Below are positions 54,207-64,000 of a stretch of 64,000 bases of DNA, in pieces. Numbering within the stretch: position 1 is the stretch's first letter; each line of letters starts with the position of its first letter. Source of the DNA: Gekko japonicus (lineage: Eukaryota); the NCBI RefSeq assembly GCF_001447785.1, contig NW_015161965.1, positions 626,595 to 690,594 of the forward strand, given 5' to 3'. The position numbers were made by a program, and so were the translations under genes. The notes under the pieces are model-generated. The model was given only the letters and a program-made list of their open reading frames with translations, did no database searches and was not told the DNA's origin.

Positions 54207-54583
54207 CAGGGGTCATTTCCTGCAGGAGCGCACAGAAGTGGAGCTCTGGCAGTACGGAGCCCAGGGGGCGGGCACATGCAACAAGCCACGCCCCCTGCTC
54301 CCAGCAGCCCTCAGTCGGGCCATGAGAAACAAGAAGCAGCCAGGTAAATTGCAGACCCCCCCCCCGCCTTCAGGTACAAGCTCTCCTTCCTCTGTGAGGG
54401 CAGATCTGCGTGTCCTCCCCCAATAGCTAGCAATCCAAAACAGTCCAGTGGAGCCTGAGTGGTGGGTGTTGCCTTCTAACACACTTCCGGTGATGTCAGG
54501 GGTGTGTGACATATGCAAATAAATTATGCTAATAAGTTATGCTAATGAGCTCCTGCACCTCTTTTTCTAGGAAATAACCCCTG
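54207..54583 (+). mobile_element. Related hAT MITE
   Basis: caggggtcatttcct / aggaaataacccctg TIRs; 8-bp TSD gtgtgcgc; atgctaat repeats. Confidence 0.85.
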
Positions 54584-56179
54584 GTGTGCGCTACCATTAT
54601 GGCATCACTGTTCTGTCACCCATCCACCTTCTAGAGACCCCTAGATCAGATTAAGGTTTGCCTCTCTTTAAAGGAAAAGACTTTAGATCATTTAGGGTCA
54701 GGAAACTGGGAGGGGGAGGCTTCAGCCCCCTCTTCCTGTGCATTATGGTTCCAATCTGAGCTGGCCCCTGGATGCCAGGCGATCTTGGGGACCTGAAGAG
54801 GGTGCAAGGAAATACAAAATGTAGTTAGGAGAAAGGAGCTGAATCCAGGAAACCTTGTATCCAGAGAACAACATTGGCCTGAATCAACATGATTTTGAGG
54901 TAGTATGGAAGTATGTTCCAAATACTAGTGGTGGTGGTGGGGGGACTAATGCCAGCCAGCAGCCACAGTGAGTGTTGCAGCGAGGTTTTCCACCATGGAA
55001 ACTGACTGTTTATCTTGAACTGTCAAAATTAATGCCAGAATTGTGCTACTTTTGCCATTCAATGATACGGCAGATGGTTGCCTTGCATTTCTAACCTCAA
55101 CAAACAGATGAGAACAGAAGTGCAATTGAATTACAATTTAACTTAAAACTGGCAATGGCTATCACTGTGTCTATGGACACAGAATGGCATCTCTTCCCCT
55201 TTCTCTAGTGGAATCCTTTGCATTCCAAAATTTTCAAAAAGATCCATTTTATACCTGAAGTAAATATTATGACCGCATTCAGTTGGTACCTTTTTGATGT
55301 TACTCAACTAGTTAAGAGGGCCCATGGCTGAGCTACTGGATCCTAATTCAGAAACAGGAAATAGGTGGCATTCCAACCACCACAGAATCCCAAATGTCGG
55401 CAACAGACCTACATGCCAGCTTGCTTGAATAGCACTGGAATGTGTATTGACATTTCTGCACTAAAAAAAAAAAGTTCAATATTGGTTTTTGCTGTGTCCA
55501 CTGACCGCCACTAGGCACCAGCGGTATGCAACCCAAGCTTGGCTCCATAAGAATAGGGACTAGGATCCTGAGCCTCCCAGTTAGCACCTATCCGAACTGT
55601 GGCGGGAAGTTCAAACCTTCCAATGGGACTGGTGGGTGTGCCCCTGTGACTGTATATAGTTGGCCGCCCCAGCTGGTATTGGGTTGTTGTGTTGTGAACC
55701 AGTAAACATAAGCTGTTAATCACTGAGCATCTGTCTTCTCTACGTGTCAACCCAGTACGCAACAGTTTTATACCAGTCATTGCTCTTTTAAAGAACCATG
55801 GGAATTGTAGTTTGGCGAGGAGTTGATAATTCACTGTTAGAGATCCCTAGTCAGTTTCTGCACTTCTGGGTTCCTTCATGCCTGGACAACATAGATGATG
55901 ATATGGGTTCAAAACTTTCTGGATTCATGTTGATAAGAACTTGAGTAATGAGTGATCAAATGTTATATTTTGTCTGCAAATGGATGTTAGCAAGTGAACT
56001 ATCCTCTTAAGACTTTGAGGGGACTTGCTGCTCTGGCGTTCAATCACCTCGACTCTGCCAGAGGTCTTACTCTTCAGACTCAAAACAGCAACTTCTGTAA
56101 AAAGAGCAGCTTTTTAAAATTTATATGTGATCTCTATATATTGCTATCTCTCTGCATTTCCTGATAAAAATCTACTTTG

Positions 56180-56545
56180 GGCCCCGGAGACACGGGCCGG
56201 ATATTGTGGGGGGGAGGCGTGGCTAATTGCCCCGGCGCAGTTTGATCTGCGATTACGCGATCAGACGCGCCGGCGGCACAGCACAGGTCCTTCCCTCGGC
56301 GCCAGCGGGTAAACGAGGGACCGGAGGGGAATGCTGCATGCCGGCACAATCACACCACGGGAGTCTGGAGGCAGCCCGTGGCAAACGTTTACTAGTACCT
56401 TGGAGGTACTAGTTTTTAAATGCACATTGTCGGCGGTAAGCCACGGGTGCGCTCCACTTCCCAGATGTTGGGGTGTGATCGCGCCCGGACAATCCGCCCA
56501 CCTTCCGTGCCTCTCCTGCGGCAACTTTGCCGTGTGACCGGGGCC
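56180..56545. mobile_element. PIF/Harbinger-type MITE, diverged relative
   Basis: ggccccggagacacgg / ccgtgtgaccggggcc TIRs; flanks ttg/tca are compatible with a CpG-decayed tcg TSD. Confidence 0.65.
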
Positions 56546-56859
56546 TCAGTTGATGTATCACTCTTTTGATGTATCTCTGTTTTGGCTTTGGCTTGTCATC
56601 AATGGGAGGTGACAACAGGGAGGAGAGCCTTCCTGCTCATCAGCCTCTTTATGTGAGTATAATGTGACTCTTCTTTCTATCTATCTTACAGAACCAAAAA
56701 AAGAGAAATGAGTTCAGCAGAAACACATAGAATGTGTGATGAGGCTCGTGGACAGTTTTCTGTTTGCATTCAGTTTGGTAATCCTAGTCCAACTGCACGG
56801 TTTATTTGCTGCGACTGAATTGTTTTATGTTCTGTAATCCGCCATGGGGAGGGAAGGCG

Positions 56860-57045
56860 GCATGGTATAGCCTGATCTCGTGGAATCTCAGAAACTAAAC
56901 ATGGTTGGTACTTGGGATGGGAGACCACCAAGGAAAAGTATGCAGAGGAAGGCAATGGCGAACCACCCCTGCTTCTCACTTGCCTTGAAAACCTCTTTCT
57001 GGGGTCACCATAAATTGGCTGCACCCTGATGGCACTTTACACACA
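56860..57045 (+). mobile_element. 5S rRNA-derived SINE (related heads near 21090-21160 and 49530-49620)
   Basis: gcctgatctcgtggaatctcagaaactaa..tggtacttgggatgggagacc resembles the 5S internal control region, followed by a non-5S body. Confidence 0.65.
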
Positions 57046-57543
57046 CACAGTCCACCTTGAGTCTCAGTGAGAGCCATCCCCCTGGAGGTGACGTCATTGA
57101 GCAGGGCATGTTGTGTTGGAGATGCTCTAGCATCTGAGAAAAAAACACTACGGTAACCATAGAGTTTTTCCTCAAATGTTAGAGTGTCCCTCTGCAATGG
57201 GGGAGGTATTTGCAAGTTTCCTGCACTGTGCAGGAGGTTGGACTAGATGACCCTGGATGTCCCTTCCAACTCTATGATTCTATGATTCTAGGTTGCAGCC
57301 AATTTATGGTGACCCCAGCAAGAGGCTTTCAAGGCAAGTGAGAAGCAGAGGTGGTTTGCCATTGCCTTCCTCTGTAGACTCTTCCTTGGTGGTCTCCCAC
57401 CCCAAGATTTCTTTTAAAAGACTCTAGAGGCAAACAGGATATCCAGGACAGCGGACTCGAGCCCCCCTGCCAACAACAAGTAGGGACCTTGCAACCCTAG
57501 TGAGAAAGGTGGGCTACAAATGAAGTAAGTAAATAAATAAAAG

Positions 57544-57940
57544 CAGGGGGGGGGGTTGTAGAAAAAGCCCAGCAGGAACTCATTAGCATAATAGGTCACA
57601 CCCAACAGCAAAACTCATTAGCATATTAGGCCACACTCCCGACAGCACAGCTCATTAGCATATTAGGCCACAACCCCATGTTACCAGAAATGTGGTCATC
57701 CACCCACACCCACCTTTTGCTCCTTATTCTGTTGACCTTGTTTGTTGTCAAAACCCAGGGCTTTTTTTTGTAGCAGAAACTCCTTTGCATGTTAGGCCAC
57801 ACACCTCTAATGTACCCAATCCTAATGAGTTCCTGCTGTTGGGTGTGGCCTATTATGCTAATGAGTTCCTGTTGGGTGTGGCCAACTCAGGAGCCAGCCG
57901 GAACTCCGTTCCTGTGTGTTCCTGCCCCAAAAGAGCCCTG
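57544..57940 (-). mobile_element. Composite hAT MITE, copy 2 (inverted relative to copy 1)
   Basis: Reverse complement of 48075-48468 including the internal TIR and spacer; TSD aataaaag/aatagaag. Confidence 0.85.
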
Positions 57941-59949
57941 AATAGAAGTGAATAGTGTTGAGAACTGATTTCTCCCATAGTCTGACAATTCTCTGACAAC
58001 AACCCTGTGAGGTAGCCCAGGCTGAGAGTTTGTGAAGAAGTCCATGGTAGAAGTGGAGATTCAAACCTGGGTTTCCCAAGATCCTACTTTGCCGCTCTAC
58101 CCACAACACCACATTGGCTGTTGGTTATTTCTATCCAAGTAGTATAAGTAGTGTAAATCCGGTGATATCAGCACATGCTTAGTGCCACTTTTTTCTAATG
58201 AAATTATTGCTTGCAGAAGCTAACAGATACAGTGACAAATTAATGCAAGGTTATCAAGAAAATCTGTATTTCTGTGTTGTCTTACACAGGCTACTAACTG
58301 GTCTCAGTAAATCAGACAGCTCTTTATGATCTTTCCCCTCTCTCCAAAGCTTCACTGCTTACAGGTCAGATATTAATAGTGAAAATCATAAAGTAATAAA
58401 TGCTTGCTTTAAATAAACTGCTCGATATTGTATGAGTAGAGACCCTTCCATCCCTGATATCTCTGTTCACCAGGCAACAATTCATCACATTGGGAAATTT
58501 TGTCTTGATGGTACTCTGCGAGGCTTAGCAAGTTAATAGCTTGGAACACAGAATCCTCTGGGCACTGCAAACATGATGTCAGTACTCTGGTTTTCCTCGA
58601 GGGCCCAGCGTATTGGGGAAGCTGACATACACCACCTCAAGAAAGTTATTTTAAAAGTCCCAAGAGGCAAACAGTCCATGAAAAACAGCCCCCTTCTGCT
58701 CCCAAACGGGCTCCCTAATTTCTTTATCCCACGACAGAAGACATTTCCTTATTCAATTCTCATTTCAGGCTGGAAAGACATGAGAGCGTTCTTTTTGAGA
58801 GAGTCAAAAGTGGTTGTGAGAGGCTTCACTTCCAATGAGGTTTACCACATTAGGGAAGAGACTTGGGATCCTATGTGGCTTACACATTTCTTCTGTCCCC
58901 GTCATCTCTGATCAAATGGGTACTGCAAAGGAGGGGGCCTGTATATTGTGGACATCCATGGCAGTAGTGGTGGGCATTGTGAAATGTCTCAACATCCAGA
59001 GTCCCATTGCCCCATGGACAAGCCACGCCACACAGTATCATCACACATTTCACCCTCTTGCAATGTTAACAACATAAGAGCAGCCCTACTGGATCAGACC
59101 CCTGGTCCATCTAGTCCACCATCCTGTCTCACACAGTGGCCAACCAGTTCCTCTGGAGGGCCAACAATATGCCACAGAGGCCAAGGCCGAGGCCTTCCCC
59201 TGATGTTGCTCTGGGAAGTTCCTGGCTCTGGGAAGTTCCCCTCAGTCACCATGGTTAGTAGCCACTGATAGACCTATCCTCCATGAATATATCTAATCCC
59301 CTTATAAACTGTTTATAGATGTTGTTTTCCTCCAGTGCTGTGTATACAACTAGGGAGCGGTGGGGCAGGGGATAACTCCCCTGCTTAACATCTGAACTGC
59401 CAAGCTTTGTCAGTTCTAGCCCCGTGCTGGTGTGAGCAACCAAGCTTTGTCCTAGCTCATCATCTACCCAGCGATTCGAAAGCTTCGGCAAGTAGATAAA
59501 TTGGGGACCACCCGTAAGGGGGTGGGCACACCACTCCGTTTGGGAAGGTGTTAGCTGCCGAGTGTGACTTCTGTGGCGCGGCAAGATCAAAAGCTGAAAG
59601 ATCTGTTTCGGCATCCCTGCAGTGGAGCGGGTCGGCCAGGCGGTGGCAGTGTGGCAGCGTGACATCAGGGAAGCCCTGACGTCATCAGCCAGAACATGAC
59701 TGATCCAGCTCGCAGATGAATCCCCGGGCAGCTAGAATGTGTGTGTAATTAAAAATATACTGTATGTTGTCTTCCCTATCCCCCATGAGTATTGTTAGTC
59801 CAACTGTCATGAGTAACTGTAAATCGCTCTGAGCCCACAGGTGTGTGGGAAATTTAATGTCCCCCTTGGGAATGAAAGGCAGGTGATTTTATTTCATTGT
59901 GAAGAAACAAAGGGGTGCAATTCAAGGGGACCATAACAAAGGAGGTTTG

Positions 59950-60030
<81 letters not shown>
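59950..60030. repeat. Compound (TG)n(TA)n microsatellite
   Basis: Directly visible. Confidence 0.95.
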
Positions 60031-62507
60031 CTGCCTTTCTCGCCAATTGTCAAATCTTGCTATGCTATGCTTGCTTTGGCGGGAGTGAATGAGACCTTTG
60101 CTTTTTGAAGATGTAACTTTTCCACATGTCATTCCCTTCTCCTCCCCTCTCCCTTTCCCAGGAGAAGTGACCTTGAGCACATTCTTGTACCATCTTGGAC
60201 TCTAGATTACCAGGACATATATCTCTCCTGGTTGGCATGGCAATTAGGCGAAGGGTGGATGTGCCGTATGCTTGGGGGCTGGATGGGACCTGTTTGATTT
60301 TATATAATAAGTTCGTACCCGCCAAAAGACTTCCGTTCTAACATGGTGACTTTTGGATCTTGCATATGCTCTAAGAAGCTTATCACTGCCAAAGCGAGAG
60401 TTATTGAGTATAACTGGACCAGGGTCTGACACAAATAGAGACCCAAAGTGGCTTCCAACATTCTCCCCTTTTCTAATTTAGCAGCACAACAGCCCTGTGA
60501 GGTAGGTTAGGCTGAGGATTGCCCAAGGTCACCTAGTAACACCTTTTCTGCCATGGATCTTTGAAGCCAATGGACAAAGGGGGTGTGCCCCATCAACCCA
60601 CTTTAATATAACATTTTTCTCCTAGCCCCAATAAACCTGGTAATTACATAATCTCCAATTTACAGTAGTGTAAGAGGACCATTAAAGGAACACGGCCGGG
60701 GTAAAGAAACTGGACGGATATGAGTTAAAGGAGAGTGGTATGACCTGAAGCCAATGAACATCAAAACAGCCAGTAAAGCAAACATCATTAGCACAAGATT
60801 CATCACTGGAATGAAAACTATGCTCACATTTGAAATTTCTACTACACATCAGCCCACGCTTTCCTAAAGTTATTTCAATACTGGTGAATTCATTAGGTTG
60901 GATGGAAAGCATGACAAACAGAAAATACTGGAATCTGGCTATATATAGATTGTCAGACATTAAATGTAAATATGCAAGACAATGTCAAACTGTCAAGCGA
61001 CTGTCCCAGTAGTATCCATTCCAACTGGCATCAAGATCCTGTATCTGGGGAGACTGGAGACTGAAACCAGGACCCTATGTATGCAAAGCTGTGTCCCCTC
61101 CCCAATAAAGAACAAATTAGGGACGTGGTCTTACCTGGAATCTTGGTGTGGTAGGACCAAGCACAAATATTTTGCAGAGATTCAAAATCCTGTTTCACTG
61201 CATAGCTAGACTCCCTTTGATGCTCTGGTAAAGGCCAGGAGACTGAGACCATAAAGTAATAGTCTTGGAAAGGACCAAAACAGACATCATGTTGTATAAC
61301 CTCTCTTTATTATTACAGGAGACTACAGCTGCAAACCCTGCCTGCCCCTTGTCACAGAACCAAGCTTGGAATGATCCTTTCTGGCAAAAAGATGCTATAC
61401 TGCTCTGCTCTTTTCTGCACCCAAAAGGCATCAGCTGGAAACTGATTGCACACCTATAAGGGAACGCTTAAATTCCTCATAGGATGTTCATGGACTACAG
61501 AATTTAAATTTCCTAAGCACAGAGCAGATCAAGCAAAGGTTGACAAGATAACAGTGTTGCACTTACTTGTAACTGTTCTTCATCAAGGATCTGTGCAGGC
61601 AAACAAGGGCACTGTGCAAGAGCAGGCCTGCCACAGAGAGGTTTTATAGCTAAAAGCCCCCAGGGGGCATTATGCGCCAGAGCCAGAAGAGATCTTCCCG
61701 ACCAAACAATCATGTGCTCTGGCACTCCAGTGGCTCCACCCTCAGTACTTCAAATGTCACCAAAGTCAGGAGAGAGCATGCAGCGGGGCTGGAGGGATTT
61801 TATTTATTTATTTGGATTTATATCCCGCCCTCCCCTTAATAGGCTCAGGGCGGGTTCTGACAGTAGAAAATACAATGCAATTAAAGCCACATTAAAACAC
61901 AATATAAAATAACATAACTTGCAAGTACCATACCACTCTAATAAACACCAGATGCCTCAGTGGTTGGTAGTATTAAGATTTAAGTTATTTTAAGATCTTT
62001 AAAATTTCAAAATCTCAGGATCTCAGGATCCAGGCTACAGATGGGGGCCTGCACAGAAGATCTTTGATGAACAAGAATTACAGGTAAGTGCAACACTGTT
62101 TTCATCATCGATCTTCTGTGCAGTCCCACATGGGGATTCTTGCAAGCTACGCAACAGGTGGCAGGATGCTCTCATCACTTGAATAAGAGCTGAAGAACCA
62201 CCTTGCCCACTTGCGCCTCTCTTCTCACATGCAGATCCAGGGCATAGTGACACATGAACGTGTTGGCTGAAGACTATGGTGCAGCTCAGCAAATCTCTGG
62301 CAAAGAACCTCCATCCAAAAAGGCAACTGAGGACACCATCGCTTTAGTAGAATGGGCCTACACTCCCAAGGGCCAAAGAAATTTGGCCCGATCGTAACAT
62401 GTCCTGATCGTACCAATGATCCATCTAGACAGTCTTTGATGAAGCCCTCTTACCCTTATTAGGGCCTGCAAGACAAAGTAAAGGCACCTTATCTTTTATG
62501 AAACTCA

Positions 62508-62939
62508 GGCCCCTGCCACACAGGACGGCTGAAACGTGGCTACTCAGAGCCGCTCCAAACTTGAGACGCCGCGGCGGGATCCCACGGATCCCCTGAGCCG
62601 CGGCGCATCGCTCCCCGGCACGATCAGATGCCGGGGAGGAAAAGCCCGATGGGAGGGGGAGGCTGCCGAACTGCGCATGCTCGAGCATGCGCAGGTTGCC
62701 CGGGGACTGGGATGCGGCGGCGCAAGGATGCGCCGCCGATTCCACAGCCCGGCTTGAGTTGCTCCAATGGATGCAATCACCTAGATAGGTGGTTCTTTTT
62801 TACGGCGCGGCATTGGCATTTGGGATGGATCAGGGACAGAGACGGCACGCTCCCCAGATGTTGAGGTGGGATTGCACCCGTTTGCTCCGCCCCCGTTCCG
62901 TCCCGCTCCCGGCCCAAATGGGCTCGTATGGACAGGGCC
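62508..62939 (+). mobile_element. PIF/Harbinger-type MITE
   Basis: ggcccctgccacac...gtatggacagggcc; perfect TSD tca; four internal hairpins. Confidence 0.8.
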
Positions 62940-63456
62940 TCAGGATTCTCTTTAGATAAAACAATAAAGCCCTTCTCAAATCCAAAGTTTGCAGGGACCT
63001 CTAATTCTCTGATTCTGGTGAAGGGAAAAACACTGGTAATATGATCACTTGAGAGTGATGAAACCTAGACACCACCTTGGGTAAAAACTGAATGCTGGGC
63101 CTAAGAACCAACCTCTTGGGGAACACCTTAAGGAACTGTGGGTCTACCCATAATTCTGCCAATTCACTGACCCTCTTGGTGGAAGTAATGGCCATTAAAA
63201 AGCAGACCTTCATAGACAAATTAGCTACTGGGAAAATAGTCAAGAACTCAAATGGCTTGAACATTAGTTGTGACAGCATCACAAAAAGGGACCATTGGGG
63301 CACCAGCGGCTCCTGTGGTAGATACAGATTAAATAAACATTTTAGAAACCTTTTAGACAGTCCGTGAGAGAAAGCCAACTTGCCACCTAACCCTAGGTAT
63401 TAACATGATACAGCCGCTAAATGTGACTTCAATGAGTAGGCTAACTCCTCAGATCT

Positions 63457-63866
63457 TGTTGGAAATATGTGTGTTGCAAGGTCTAAATTCAGTGATTATA
63501 GGGTTAATGTGTTTACCTTGAGTGCTTTAGTTTAGACTGACCAGGAAGGGAACCTGGCAGAAAGCCAATGGAAAGGAAGCCCGGGGAAACTGAAGCCTAT
63601 TTACTAACAATCATTAGTTAATGCATTCAGGTGATTTCCTTCTAGGAGGAATGTAGGAGGAAGAAAGGAAGAATCTCCATTACTATCTGTGTCTGTCTGT
63701 TGTTGCAAGCATGTACTCTAAAGTGTTTGTTGTTTTGTAGATTTCCTGTGTACCCTTCCCTATAAAAAAATAAAGATTTTTACATAGAAAAAAATGCCTC
63801 CTCTCCAGTGAACAAAGATTTATTGCAAACTCTGGATATTTAACTATTTTTACCAATTTCCCAACA
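63457..63866 (+). mobile_element. Solo LTR inserted in the DIRS YR gene
   Basis: TGTTGG...CCAACA ends; TSD gatct/tatct; AATAAA near 63770. Confidence 0.75.
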
Positions 63867-64000
63867 TATCTAAAGGAAAGTAAATATTCAAAAATTGCCT
63901 GAAGAGATGCCCAAGCAGGAGAGAAATTCTTATCTCTATACCATTCAGAAAAACATTTCCATTTAAGATTCTTTTCTGGTGGATGGTTTACATGAATGTA

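Larger units (their letters stand above)
62035..64000 (-). mobile_element. Old DIRS element fragment (YR gene plus terminal/ICR region) with nested MITE and LTR
   Basis: KVCFLMAITSTKRVSEL..LRPSIQFLPKVVSRFH (63001-63378); ICR-like ttacaggtaagtgcaac..catcgatcttctgtgcagtcccaca at 62075-62135. Confidence 0.8.

Noticed and set aside
56860-56935. 5S rRNA gene
   Set aside because: Partial, diverged and fused to a SINE body.
59854-60180. ORFs with YI/HT/VC dipeptide runs
   Set aside because: Translations of a microsatellite.

Overview
This is eukaryotic DNA from a squamate reptile, probably a gecko (inferred from Sauria SINEs, 5S/tRNA SINEs and the CR1/RTE-X/DIRS content), and it is dominated by transposable elements. 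The only recognisable host coding sequence is the first coding exon of COL8A2 on the minus strand (exon 12440-12621, CDS 12440-12602), which the ORF track misses. The large collagen/C1q exon and the promoter are not seen, so most of the window is probably COL8A2 intron or upstream DNA. The main finding is a SCAN-gag (Gmr1-like) Gypsy LTR element (26587-32524) in which pol is replaced by an intronless hnRNP A3 5' fragment (RRM1), fused in frame to the element's protease. This element is one layer of a four-layer nest (CR1 > Gypsy > RTE-X > solo LTR). Other notable items are a DIRS element with an internal inversion of its methyltransferase-like segment, a TSD-flanked 1.46 kb L1-mobilised non-autonomous element with a decayed C4 zinc-finger ORF, CpG-rich Harbinger-type MITEs built from serial hairpins, a composite hAT MITE that moved twice as a unit, two outward-facing Helitron-like ends, and a near-complete Mag-like Gypsy nested in a solo LTR. 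All assignments are by eye; no database searches were run.
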